NCBI GenBank assembly: GCA_050575255.1
Contig: JBNZDD010013703.1
Location: 7,203,502-7,264,417 of the forward strand
Length of the DNA stretch: 60,916 nucleotides
Source of the DNA: Harriotta raleighana
Taxonomy: Eukaryota
Reading direction: 5' to 3'
The notes under the pieces were generated by a model, which was not told where the DNA came from, ran no database searches, and saw only the letters and a program-made list of their open reading frames with translations. A program made the translations under genes and the position numbers. Every line of letters starts with the position of its first letter. Within the stretch, counting starts at the first letter, position 1. This document shows, in pieces, positions 12,670 to 25,700 of this stretch.

Positions 12670-13078
12670 CTTCAGATAGTTTAGTTAACACTGACAGATA
12701 TTTAGATCTAGATTATCGTGATAGCATATCCCCTTAACAGAGATGGTAACGCGATTTACCAAGATACCATTTAGCATTGTCAGTTTCACTATCTAAGTGT
12801 TAATTGGTTGCTTTATGCAAGTTATGATGATACAATCCTGGTTAATTAAACCAGGGAATGTCGTCATTGTAACTCTGTGACAAGTGCATTTTGTGTTGAT
12901 GCCTTGTTTTAGATATAATGAGACTTATAGCTGCAGGGAAATGAAGACTACATGCCTCTCTGTCTATGCCACGAAACAGAATTAAACATTAACACTGCCT
13001 CAGACCGATGCTTATCAGCAACTTTGCTGTTGCTGTGCCAGCCTCGACGTGCATAGCAATATTTTCATCCGCTTTCCC

Positions 13079-13234
13079 NNNNNNNNNNNNNNNNNNNNNN
13101 NNNNNNNNNNNNNNNNNNNNNNNNNNNNNNNNNNNNNNNNNNNNNNNNNNNNNNNNNNNNNNNNNNNNNNNNNNNNNNNNNNNNNNNNNNNNNNNNNNNN
13201 NNNNNNNNNNNNNNNNNNNNNNNNNNNNNNNNNN
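13079..13234. other. Assembly gap (156 N)
   Basis: Run of n. Confidence 1.
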
Positions 13235-13308
13235 AAAGAGAGAATGTCTTGAAGAGATTCTTGAAGGGAAGCCTTCATTTATAAGAACCTGCTCTGAAGA
13301 TATCATAT

Positions 13309-13407
13309 AACCAATGAAAGTGTTTAACTAGCAGTCAACAGTACGTGAATTCCAGACTTGAATACATTTGATGGCATGATTGGAGTACACCAAAGCGCTG
13401 ATTGGTT
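13309..13407. promoter_or_regulatory. Cluster of three CCAAT boxes, candidate promoter or enhancer
   Basis: CCAAT 13311-13315, ATTGG 13379-13383 and 13401-13405; the last reads AACCAATCAGC on minus, a strong NF-Y consensus; repeat-free surroundings. Confidence 0.3.
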
Positions 13408-16299
13408 CAAAGCCTCTTGAAAATTAATAATGTAGTTTTACTTTGAACCTAAGGTGCAATTTTTTCACTGTGGTTAATTGAGTTTCAAAACTAATTATTT
13501 TTAAAGTCAAGGAAAGGTATTTCTGCACAGCTCCCATTTGGTGCCTTGCCTCTTGCGCTAAAGATAAAATGCGAAACATACTTCAAAGCATGCCGGCTGC
13601 ATGCTGGATAAGTGGATATTTCTGCAGCAGTAAATTTCCATTTAGTGATCCAAAATTGATTTTGCATGAAAGTTAATTCTCGTGACGATCTCTATTTTCC
13701 ATATTGCTAGGATAAATAATTCTTCATTCTCACTTCAATGAATTATGTTTCCCAGAGTAATAGCTCTGCATAGTCATATTACTTTTGCAGTTCCCCAAGT
13801 TTTTGTCCACTTGGAACCACCACTGTCCCTCTTGTGTTGTGAAGTCAGTCACTTGCTAAGCCATCAATCAAAAGTCCTTCCTTTCATCTATAGTTACAAT
13901 GGTGTCAGATTGAGTAACTCAACTGGATGTTTAGAAACATTAGTTCTAAAAATATAGCCTATAACATTATAATTTAGTGAGAAATGCAACCTGTGAAGGG
14001 ATAATTATTACAGCCATTAATTAGGACATTGTCTAACCACATTTTTCACTCCAATGTACTTTTTGATGGGTGTGGGGCCGGGGATGTCGATAACTTTGTT
14101 CATAACTTTTTTATGAACAGTTACAGATTTTTCACTTCCATGACCCTAACATAAAAGAATTACCTTGATTTTTCTCCAACAAATTGCTCCATTTATAATA
14201 GATTCAAATACTGTAGGAATTTTATAATTGATCCAATTCATTAAATTTATAATAAATAATGAGAAGTAACATCCATTCATATGTAAAATGGAAGTGCTAT
14301 TGGTCTGGCTGACTCATCACTGAAAACCATTTAGAAATTACCCCTTCAGAGTGATTTAAACAGAAATAACAATAACAATCACGATCCTTGCATTTGATAA
14401 AATAACTTATAAGGTTATTGAGATGTCTCTAAATGTTTCAAAGGAAGTTACTGTAACTATATTTGTAGGTAACTACAGCAGCCAATTTGCACACAGGAAT
14501 GTCCCACAAATAGCCATGTGTTGAGTGACCCATGTTTTGTTTGGGATCAGGGCACAGAGAGAAACTACTGACTAATTTTGAATAGTACTATTGGATCTTT
14601 GCCACCCACCTTCAAATACCATCTGCTAACATATGTGTGACTTTCTATTTCAAAGACAGAAAAAGGAGCAATGTTGGATTCTGCTAAAGAGTTGTTTATA
14701 CTGTTGGTATAATAACAAAATGAAATGCGAGCATGGTGTGCAGGGCAGGTATGGTATAAAATTCATCAATACGCGTCACTGAAACAGCAAAGACCTTATG
14801 GTTGAAACGCAAACCTCAGAAAAATGTTCTCCGCTCCACATGTTTCCAATTTTCACACGCTGACATGTTCAGCACAGTTTGAGCAGCACAAGCAATCTCT
14901 GGCCACTGGATTTCAACCACCAGAATTAATTTTGATTATGATTCTATAACCCTAATATGGCTCATCTATCAGTCAAAGGTTAAGATATACAGTGGTAGGC
15001 TTTCAGAATGTCTTGGACAAACGACATCTAACAACAGTGGATATAAATTCTTGTAGGTGTAATGCTGATGGTTCCTTCAATATCTCAAGTATTTAATATG
15101 ATTCATGGGTGGAAACACCTGGCATTTGCTGGTCCAGCAAGGCATGGGTCAACAGCAGCAGCATATAACCATGGCATTTCCTTCACAACATCATCTCCAA
15201 TCCAATCTCACAAATGCAGTCTCATCTTTATCAGATTAAAGTCTCATCTCGGCATCGTAGAAGGTGAAGACTTTTAAAACTAAGATTACAGCAACCAGCA
15301 AAATCAAGCTGCACTATCATTTTATGCAACTGACTTCAAGCAATGTGAACTCAGCAGCAGTATATCTTTTTAACCTTTCCCGAGCCCTGGCATTTTGCAA
15401 TAAAGCTATTGCAGTTCTGACTTACAGGCCTATGCAGTAACAGTCACTCAACATTAACGGCATGATCTCAAAACCTAATGTCTGCAAAATCCCACATTCT
15501 TTGTGAACCTGAATAATAGCCATATGAAAGAGGTGGAATTTATTTGAGCATACTGTATATACTTCTATTAGAGACAATCAAAAAAATCTGGAGGTTTCAG
15601 ATAATTGATCTTTACATTTCTGCTGAAAACAAAATGAGATCCTCATGGAAGGGCTTTAATTGTAGAAGTTGAACTTAAACACAAACATATAATGGTTGTG
15701 AATTATGGTGGATTTTTAATTAGAATTTGAAATAATTGCTGCATTTTTAAAAATTGATGCCAGAATTCCTCTTGTTCTTTTACGAACTACATGAGATGTT
15801 CTTCTGAGGAAATCTAAAACTATCAGCAATGTGGTAATCTCTTGATGATAGATAAGTTTTACTGGGAACTGCTAGTTACGAAACGAGAACCACAATAGCA
15901 CCCCAACTATTCAAAGGTGAATACAATATGCAGGATGTATTCAGAGCAGGCAAAATAATACACTAGAGGAAGAGAGTTGCAGAGATTTTGGACGTAAAAA
16001 CTAAACACCACTGATGGGGCAGACAGGAGTAGGGTAGAAGTTTACAGAGATATGGAGATGCCAGTGTGAAAGGATGTATAAGTGAAGGAGAGGATCCTGA
16101 AATCAATCAACTGGGAGAAGGAAGCTAGTGAAGCCTGGTAAGTAACTGATTGATGAGCAGGTAGACTTTGGTTGGGTGAGACTGCAGATGTCTGTTATTG
16201 TATGAGTTGGAGCTTATGAATGGTGGAGCTAAGGAAACTAATGAAGAGTGCGTATAGCTAATGGTGAGGTCAAAGTAATTGAGCTGGCACTGCAGTATC

Positions 16300-17880
16300 A
16301 ATCATAGCATGAAATTCTCCAATTAGATATACTCAATGATAAAAAGGGCCAAAGTAACATTTGGGAATTGTAACAGAGCATGAGTTTATAGTAGGAACAG
16401 TGATTCAGAGTGCATATGAGAAAAAATAAGGTAGTACTTATAGGGACTTCAATCAATCCAACATTAAGTGGGAATGACCAAATGGAAAGGACTCTGAGCT
16501 TGTCAATGTAATGCGTAGATACTTCCTGAGTCAATATATCAGGGGCAATTCCCTACTTGATTCAGTTCTAGTCAGTGAGTCCAACCTTATTCGGAGAGTA
16601 GAAGCAGTTGAAGCTCTAGGTGACAATGGCCATGGTTCAATAACATTTATAATATAATTTTGGAAATTGCACAAGCACACAGCCAGTTTACAACTTTAGC
16701 CAAGCAAGCTTCAGGGGTATAAGGACTGCAGAGGCATTTTTAACGTGAGTGCAATTGGTATTATGCACCGAAGAGCACCTCCTATTGCGGGTCGCCAAAG
16801 TAATGCAAAAATCATCAAAATGGGAGGATTTGAGTTGCTGTGCTCTTGTCTTTTGTTAAATACCTAACTAGTGAAAATCAGAGCTCTCCTCAGCCCAGCA
16901 GAGCAGGCAATCCACCTAAAGAGGCATCGCACCCACCGAAAATTAATTTTTGCATAAAATAAAATTGCACATTCGCACTTATTCAATTTACCATCAGTGA
17001 CGGGCCCCCTAAGGAAATTGCTCCAAATAGTTTGAAGTCTTAAAAATGCCTCTGGAGGACTGACTAAATTCTTCAACTTGGAGGCACAACTCAAGGGCAA
17101 ATCAGCTGATGGTAAATGGACATCCTTAAAAAAAACATCATGCAGAACATGGAGTAGAAGTACACACACAAGTGAAGCAAGGGGCAAATAAATACAAATG
17201 CTCCATTGAATCAACAGGAAAAAAAATTAAAAAGTGAGATTGAGAATGAAAGGAAGATTCATAATGTATGTAGGGAGAAAGGCAAGGGTGAACACTGGTT
17301 TGTATACAAATCTGTTTCCAACATAACAAATACAAAATTAGAAAAGCCAAGAGTTAATTGGAAAAGGACATAGCAGCAAATGCAAAATATAATGCCAACA
17401 TAGAGAGCTGTCAAGGAAGACGTGAAATCCAAGCAGATATGGTTCTCCTGTTGCAAAAATGTGACCAAACCATATCTGGCAATTGCAGACTCAATAGCCC
17501 AACCTCAATAGTTAGGACATGTATTCAATCAATCATCAGGAAGAAAATGGAAGATTCTTAAATAAAAATAATTTAATAAATGACAGCCAGCATGGATTCA
17601 GAAGAGATAGATCTTATCTGACCAGATTCACAGACTTTTTGAGGAGCTGACACCAAAATTGATTGTGGGAAGCCATATGATGTAGTGTGCCTAGACTTCC
17701 TAAAGGCATGTGACAAAACACCGCATCAGAAATGTCTTCAGAAAGGTTCAGCAATAGTATCAATGGTAAAACATGGACAAGGATTAAAAATTGACTGAAA
17801 TGATGGAAGTGAAAGATAGCCATTGGAACCAAGGTCATAAAATGGTGAGTTATCAAGTGGGGTGTCTCAGTTGTCCTAGT
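16300..17880 (+). mobile_element. Old CR1 ORF2 fragment (endonuclease through RT) with internal deletion
   Basis: VVLIGDFN, FLSQYI, RGNSLLD, QHGF, DVV.LDF.KA.D and SGV.Q remnants with stops and frameshifts. Confidence 0.8.
16729..17054. mobile_element. Non-autonomous hAT-like DNA transposon (MITE) nested in CR1
   Basis: Perfect 15-bp TIR CAGAGGCATTTTTAA (16729-16743 / 17040-17054); 8-bp TSD aaggactg / gaggactg. Confidence 0.8.
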
Positions 17881-17884
17881 ATTT

Positions 17885-18075
17885 AATATATACTTTTTAC
17901 TTCTTCAGGATTTCTCAAAGCGCTTTCCAGAGTATACAATACTGTAAAGTGAATTGACTGTATATCTGTGGGCAAATCATAGCACCCAATTGAATACAGC
18001 AGTGTCCCACAAACAGTCATGGATTGTGTGACCAAATTATGAATGTTCTTTTTTTCTTGTGGGATTATTATCACA
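17885..18075 (-). mobile_element. SINE 3' half
   Basis: Reverse complement of SINE body (actgtaaagtgaattgactg, gtgtcccacaaacagtc). Confidence 0.8.
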
Positions 18076-18220
18076 AAGTAGGTAAAACAAAAACATAAAG
18101 CACAGGTACTCCATGGATCGGATAGAACAAGAATTTGCATTTTTAGTATCGTTCACATAAGATAATGCCTCAGCAGTGGTGATGTAAGGCAACTGCAACA
18201 CCATGGGGTCTCAGAGCAGC

Positions 18221-18362
18221 GAGGGTGACCCTGTAGACATGAAAACCCATTGAAATGCTCCCCTCACTAATCTAACCCACTGGGGTTGGGGGTTGCTTGG
18301 AGAGACGCACACACTCATCGCAGTCAATAAGCAGCTGTTCCAGGCCTACACTGGTCACCCTC
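18221..18362. mobile_element. Small palindromic MITE, hAT-Blackjack-like termini
   Basis: GAGGGTGACC...GGTCACCCTC 10-bp inverted termini with partial further symmetry; no TSD visible. Confidence 0.45.
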
Positions 18363-19129
18363 CGGCCAATAGGGGCAGAACATCCACCAATGAAGTTCAG
18401 TTGCCCAGGAACTTGTTAGGAATGTTGGCAGATGAGGCAAATTGATGCTCGATTGACCATATTTTTGTTGTATTGGGAAGGAAAATATTCTGGTAACCCC
18501 AATGGCAACACTGGTCAGGGCACTAGAATCACGCTTTATTTGAGCCCACCTCTGTGTACTGCTTCATAGAGATAGTTTAGACACTGAGCAATGGAAGAGG
18601 GGGAGGGAAGAAGGAAAGGGGGGATGTGACTATAGGAGTATTTGAAGAGGTAGACTTTTAGGGGTGCATTTAATAGAGAAGGCAGAGCATGTTTACAGAT
18701 ATGCTGAGAGCTTGGTCACCTAGAATAAGACAGAGAAGACAAGAGATGCAAAGTAGGTCAGAATTTCCTTAGTAGAGGAATAAGCAGAAGAATCAGGTAA
18801 AAGAAGATTACAGAGATGGGAGGTGTTAAAGCATGGGTGGGTTTCAAAGTGGGGGTGATGACTTTGAAATAGATTCATTGGGAGAAAGAGAGCAAATGGA
18901 CCTGGTTAGAACTGAGTTGATGGTCATATGGAGTTCGATTTAGGCAAGAGAATGAGCCAGCACTGAAAATAAATGGAGGTACAAAAGGGTACGCATTCTG
19001 GAAAGATGAGAGAAAAGAGGACAAATGATCTCCTTTAACTGAAATGTTTTTATAATCATATGACCTTATGAATATTAGCCAATTGGCCAATCTCTTCTCT
19101 TCAGTGCCTTTCGTATTAGACTTTCACAG

Positions 19130-19505
19130 GTGTCAGTCTAGCTCAGTTGGTAGCACTCCCATCTCAGAATTAGAAAATTGTGGATTTAAACCCCATGTGG
19201 GGACTTCAAGCTCATTGTCTCTAGACTACCACTCCAGTGCTGTTCTGGGAGAGTCCTGCATTGTTAGAGATGTAGTTCTTCAGGTGAAACATTAATCCAA
19301 AGTTGCATCTCTCTATTTAGGTAGATGCTATTTATTAAAAAAGTAGAGATTTTCTCTGGCATTCTGGCCAACATCCAGATATAGTTGGTCATTCATTTCA
19401 TGGCTATTTGCGGAATGGTGTTGTGTACAATTTACCTATAAATAAAATAAATCCTTGTGAAGAGTTTTGAGACATTTCAGCAAATACAATGGTTATTTTT
19501 ATTAT
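19130..19505 (+). mobile_element. Older DeuSINE (SacSINE1/AmnSINE1-like)
   Basis: tgtcagtctagctcagttggtagcactc head; ctgcattgttagagatg...caggtgaaacattaa Deu-like core. Confidence 0.7.
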
Positions 19506-20019
19506 TATATAACCCAGTCTAATGCTTAAACATCACTCCTTGTAGGCATGTCAAATTGATAGATGACTTACTAGAAAATGTCTGAGGTGAAATGTTATTT
19601 CATCTCACCTGAAAAAATGTATAAGTTAATGTCAAGAACTGTGACAAAGGGAACTAATCCACAGACAGATATTTGATGAATTCAGAGGTCACAGACATAC
19701 CTGCTACCTTGTGATCTCTGTAGCTCTCTGCAAAACTCCAATCCAATTTCAATCACAGATCCCGTCAGTGAACCCAACGGTGTTTATAGTAAATTTAGAT
19801 GCAAATAAAAAACCCTATTAAAAAAAAGATTCTCCTTGAGAATATTTACAACACATGCTCATACAACCTTCAACATTATTTGGTGATTTCTATATTTATA
19901 GCCTAACCCTAGGTCAGTTGTGCAGCCTGATCCAGCTCACAAATCCTATAAAAAAGCTAGTCCTGGAAAGTTGTTTTATTAGTACACCATGTATGCTAGT
20001 GGTTTACATTTTGTTTATA

Positions 20020-20560
20020 TTTTGTCATGTCCATCCGAGATTACGCCAACTTTCTGCTTGCCAACTTCCCAATTCTTACCTCCATAAGCCGTTTACCATT
20101 CAGAACTCTGTTCTGTGCTTGTGTTCTCTCTCCTGCAATAGGATTCACAAGCCTATCACCCCTATTCTCACTTTGGTTCACTGGCTCTCCATCCCCCATA
20201 AGATTGAGTTCAAGTTCCTCATACTTATTTATAATGGTCAAGATCCATCCTACCACCGAGACAACTTAAAACCCTACCAACCTGCCCACTTCCTCTACTC
20301 GGCAGGCAGTAGCCTGCATCTTGTCCTCACACTGGCTATCCAACCGTTGGCAGTGAATCTGTCAGCCTATCTAAAAGCTCCACTGCCAACTCCATCTCCC
20401 GAGTCCCTATGCCTCACCCTTTACCTTACCTTGTTCAAAGTCAGTCTTGACTTTCCTCTATGAATACACCTCTGGTCATCTTCCCTCAACTCATTGGCCC
20501 CCAATCCTCCCCATTTCAACCATTAGCTCAACTGCAAATTCTCAACCATCCAGAGCCTTG
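20020..20560 (+). mobile_element. Decayed L2 3' fragment
   Basis: ITPILTLVHWLSIPHKIEFKFL in ORF 19855-20463. Confidence 0.8.
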
Positions 20561-21074
20561 TTGATATTGTTTTTTCCTGATGTAATCATTGACCTACTTT
20601 CAGAATTTTTATTTTAAAAACTAGGCAGGAGTGGTTTTATTTTTTGACAACCAGGTGTTCCTACTGTGAAAAATGTTATTTAAAACAAATAAATTTGATT
20701 AAATACATGATTTCAATTAATAAAATCAGTTGGAAGCTTTGAGGCTATATTTATTGGTTCATTATTTTTGATTAGTATTGTATTTATTTCAGACTCTCAG
20801 CACTGGATTAACAACAGTTACTATGTACGGTTATCATGAACCTGATCATATTCTAGTTTGAGGTTTATTAAGTTTTTGCTATGGTAGAAACATAAATCAT
20901 AAAATTAGCAGGATTAACCACAGTATGCGCTTAACTAAGTCTAACATTGGCCTTTGACCCCTCTAAGAATCATGAGATGTTAAGGACAATAGTGCTAAAA
21001 AAAAAAGATGATTTGGTTTAAAAGTAAAGTGGACTTTTCAGTGAGTGGAAGAAAGTCCAAAGTTGTATCCTCAG

Positions 21075-21350
21075 ACCATGCTGGGCTCAACCAGCAATTG
21101 GCCTCAGTCCCCAGGAATAGGCAGTGGAAAATTAGTCAGGATTACAGCTCCTCAGCACTTATCGAATAACTCGTGCTGAAGATGGATATGTATAGACAGT
21201 GGGCAAGGGCAGGATGGAGTTTGGCTCCTATGGCAACCTAGAATTGAATAGCTGGCTGATATTCAAGGATTACACATGAATAATGCCATTTGGCAGAGGG
21301 CTTCTGGCATGTATGGAACAGGCAAAAGGAGTCGAGTGCCTTCAGGAGAC
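21075..21350 (+). mobile_element. AmnSINE2-like ancient SINE body
   Basis: caattggcctcagtcccc, gaaaattagtcagg, gaatagctggctga, cacatgaataatgcca and ccttcaggaga match recalled AmnSINE2 blocks in order. Confidence 0.65.
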
Positions 21351-21557
21351 AAGACAAAATTGGGGCAAGAATCAAATAACTGAACAAATTGTCAGCTTGT
21401 CTTATTTGGTAGAATCCTTACTCTGGCCAGAAGTGTGCAGCTTCTTTAAGACCAATCTCTGGACTTTAATTTATAGGCAATCCAGTACAGGACTGAGGGA
21501 ATGCTTCATTGTCAGAGATGCCATGTATCAGACTGCCAGATTGCCTATCAGACATCA

Positions 21558-22285
21558 TCAACAACAACAACAACAAAATTACACTTGTATAGTGCCTTTC
21601 ACATCGGGAAGACGTCCCAAAGCGCTGAACAGTCAGGTCGGGACTCAAGCAGGGTGGGAGGGTGGGGAATAGGGGGAGGGGGAAGGAGAGTGGGAGAGGG
21701 GGGAAGAGTCAGGGGTGCGGTCGAAGAGGAAGGTCTTGATACCGGCCTTGAAGGAAGAAAGGGAGGAAGCAAGGGACTCCGGGATGGAGTTCCAAAGTGT
21801 GGGGCAGAGAGGCTGAAAGCCCGGCCACTGATGGTTGGGCAGTTAGGGTGGAGAACGCGGAGCCGGCCTGAGTCTGCTGAACAGAGGGTGCGGTGGGCTG
21901 ATAGGAAGAAAGCAGGTCAGAGAGATAGGTGGGGGCAAGGCCGTAAGTGGCATTGAAGGTGAGGACGAGGATCTTGAATTCGAATCCAGTCCTGGATGAG
22001 GGCTAACCTCTTACAGTCAACAAGACCGAGGCCCTCCTGATTGGCTTGGGTCAGGGCCTGCGCACTTCAGACACTGGCAGCATCAACCTCCATGGATGTA
22101 CATTCCACCTCACTAAGCCAGTCAGGAAAGTAGGTGCCTTGTTCGATCGTCAACTGCCTTTTCTCCCCCACATCCACGCCATGATCTGCTTTGTCTTCCC
22201 TAAGCTCTGCAACATTGCTAGACTCCGCCACTACCTCACCACTCAGGACACTGAAATTCTCATTCATGCCTTCATCACGGCCAGA
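21558..22285 (-). mobile_element. L2 with inverted 5' segment (3' end minus 21558-21988; upstream ORF2 piece plus 21989-22285)
   Basis: Minus piece starts at RIQDP/IEFKIL and ends in (GTT)n; abutting plus piece reads SWM..N..NKTE...TEILIHAFITAR. Confidence 0.8.
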
Positions 22286-22439
22286 TGTTCACATCCACAT
22301 CTAACATCAGAACATAAATACATAGGATATAGTACATAAAGAACAATTCACACACCTCTGTCGGGTTAGGAGGTCTCAGTCTTAAAAATATAAGCAGACT
22401 CTGACTAAATTAAATCAATTGGACTCATTTAGCTCATTT

Positions 22440-22770
22440 TAACTGAAGACAGCTAGACTTGACAGCCAGTGCTGGTAGGCTGTTTGACCATGTTGGGGAT
22501 GGGATCAAGGAAAGTCCAGTCCACTTGTGTCTTTCAAGATGTATAGCCCTGTACTACTTCCAGAAAAAAAATCAAACCTGGATACTGAACAGGAATAAGA
22601 TCCTGGACTGATTGTGGAATTCCTTGTCTCAGCAATCATGCGCAGAAACCAATTGAAACACTCTAACCATTGCTCTGACTGAAATCTATTAACTTAACAC
22701 AGACCAGGATTCAAACCTGCAAACTGTGTCATCTAGTAGTGTGTCAGGCAGTGCTTTTACCAATAAGTAC
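22440..22770 (-). mobile_element. AmnSINE2-like ancient SINE
   Basis: Plus strand shows ggtaggctgtttgacc, cctggactgatt, ccaattg, cacagaccaggattcaaacctg and ggcagtgctttaccaa, the reverse complement of the family head and body. Confidence 0.55.
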
Positions 22771-25700
22771 TTAGAATGCCTTCATCAAGATTTACAATAA
22801 TAATATTTGCTTAAATGATTAATAATTGAAAATCTATGGAATATTCTAATATTCTAAAATGGAAGTAATTTATTTCACCAGTCAGCATATTGTATCTCAA
22901 AATTTAAAATTATGCAGAATTGTGGAAAATTCTTAAATTCCGTCTGGAAACTGCTTACCTGCGTATCTTGACAAGAATCAGATTTTAAACTAAGACTGGA
23001 TTTTAAAAAAAACCTTCCTCAATTTTATTTAGCTTACACTTTGAGACAAAACAATCTAAACAACAACAAAAAAATGTATTTGTATATCGCCTTTCACATG
23101 GGGAGGACTTCCCAAGGTGCTCACGGACTAGATATAATTCTGGGACAAAAATACTGGCAGCGACTGATGTTACAGCCATTACACAACAAATACTGTCCTG
23201 TGGGGATATTTGAAGCACATTCACTATAAAGTGTTACAATTCATTGCTTGTATAATTACATAAACTATGATTGATTAATATGCTCTTTTCCTGCATTGAT
23301 TCGGTCGACCAGTTCAATTAAAAATAAGTTTTCCACCTAAAATATAACGTGATACAGTTATTCTTGAGTCAAAGCAGGCTGGCATGTGACAAAAGGTTAT
23401 TGATAAACAGAATATATTTGAATACCATGAAACTCAATTCAAAGAGGGGAACAAAAGCTTTCTGGTCCTTTCCAACAATTTGAGTATAAATTACTAAAAC
23501 CAATTACATATCATAAGGTATTTTAACAAAAGAAGAAGGACAATGTAGGGAGGAGTGTTTTCAGTGTAAAGTACTTATCCATCTATATTATTCGTCTTTT
23601 TTTTTATGGAGATTCCCTATGTTTGAAAATTAGTACTCATTCCCATTATGGTCTTCTTGTCTGAGAAAACTACTCCAATATTAGTTTCTGATGTAATTTG
23701 GTGCAGAGTTCATTCCTGTCAATTTACACATATACCTGGCATCCTGGCCAACAATCACCAAAATAAAAATTCATCAGTCACTGCCTTACTGTTTGTGAAA
23801 CACTGCGGTGCACTAAATGGCTGCTACATTTTCCTACAAACATGCAGGAACCATATTTTACATACTTGCCAACAACTTGGGATGTGCTCCCGATGTGAAA
23901 GTCGCTATAAAAATGTAATTTTGTTGTTGTTGCTTTGAGCTCTTTCAATGCTATGCCAAATGATTATCAGATTATTATCTGAGCTCTGAAGAGTTTCATG
24001 TTGCTCTGTCTTCAACATGAAGCAGCATCATATGACTACCCTAACACTATCATCATACTTCCCTCCAACATAGCTGAACTTCTCATCTACGCCTTTGTCA
24101 CCCCAAACATGATTTTCCAATGGCCTGCTCACCAGACACTCCCCACACCCACCCACCTCCACAAGCTCCAGACTAATAGGCTCTGGCACCCCATCATTCC
24201 CAACCTCATCCAGCGCCTAGCTTCGTAACCCCTCCCCCCATGGATCAAATATAAACTCCATGTCCCCTTCATTTTAAATGCCTTCATGGCCTTGCACCAC
24301 ATTATCACTGCAATCTCCTGCAAGTTTCCTCCTTCAGCTCTGCCAATTGTGAAATCCTGAAGCATTAAAGAGGTAACAAGGATAATATTGTCATTGAAAT
24401 AAAGCATAAAGCAGAGTTGTAGTTTAGGGAACTACAGTGCAGGTACATTAATTTTGTTCATGCAATTCTGATGCAAGCAAATTCCTGATCTCCACAAATT
24501 GCTATCTCAAGCTCCAGCCATGCTCTTCACATGATCAGCAAAGATATGGCTTTCTGTTATTTTCTGCACATCGTTGTGTGACCTAATATCTCACAACTTT
24601 ACTGCAGCTGATATTTCTATATTTGTGCCTCGCGTTATGATGAATATAAAATGACAAAGATTATTTAAAATGACCAACACAAAACTTTGTAGTCTTTAGG
24701 TAAACGCTAAATGTGATGGGAATCATTTGTAAAGACTCCCTTGGACAGACTGAAAACCTTTAATATTATCCAAGTTTCACATCATTATGATTACAAGACA
24801 ATCTACTTAAATACACAGGGACATCTTACCACGACTGACAGATTGAGTTCATGATTGCAGAGTGATCATGTCAACCGACCTCTTGTAAAAGATGTGACGA
24901 CTGACTACATTGGAATGCTTCTCTTTTAACTTGTTTCCACAAACATACAAGAAGGAAGATTGGTTTGAAATAATCTCTGGGCAAAAATTTACAAAATCTC
25001 ATATGCTAATTATCACTTGTTATAATTATGTGTAGGACAAAAGCTGTTGTTTTTTTTGTAATCTTTGGGGCTCAACATTCCTCTGACGTAATAATAATGT
25101 AATAATCAGAATAATAACAATAATAATAATCATCGTATTTGATACAGCAATAATTGTCATCATTTTGAAAACCTTGCATTTGATATAGTGCTTTTCACAT
25201 CTCAAAGTAATGTCTCAAAGAAATTCACAGAATATCACATCATGTATGGCACATCACCTTTTGTTGCAAAACTAAATATAAAATAATTGGTTCAGTACAA
25301 ATAACTGGACCGTTTAGTGTTTGCACCTTAGTTGGCTTAGTGGATTCTGTAGCATTGGAGTAGATCTGTCATCTCCTGCTGTCCCTTATATTGTGTAAAT
25401 GCTGATTATAACTCCAAGGCTGAAGGTTATCACTTAACACTGAATTGGAATTCTCCCACACTGCAATAGAGTTCAACTTAGACTATAAGCTCAAAGTCCC
25501 AACATGGACCTTCAATCTACAACCACAAGATGGAATGCTACCAGCTGATATTTCCATGTAATAAAACATATTGGCATTCTGAAGTTTATTATTCCTAGAT
25601 TGGCAAATTAGATTACCAGAGCCTTCAATTTTATTTACTACATCAAATAAATTGAATATTGATATAGACTGTTATATGATTTTTCAAGTTAAATAATTTT

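Noticed and set aside
12824-12900. C/D box snoRNA starting at ATGATGA
   Set aside because: No CTGA D box or terminal stem at a suitable distance.
12989-13310. ORFs spanning the gap
   Set aside because: Open only because of the N run.
14700-15200. Additional Harbinger-like N-terminal relic (also 47830-48170)
   Set aside because: Motifs too few or out of order to support a call.
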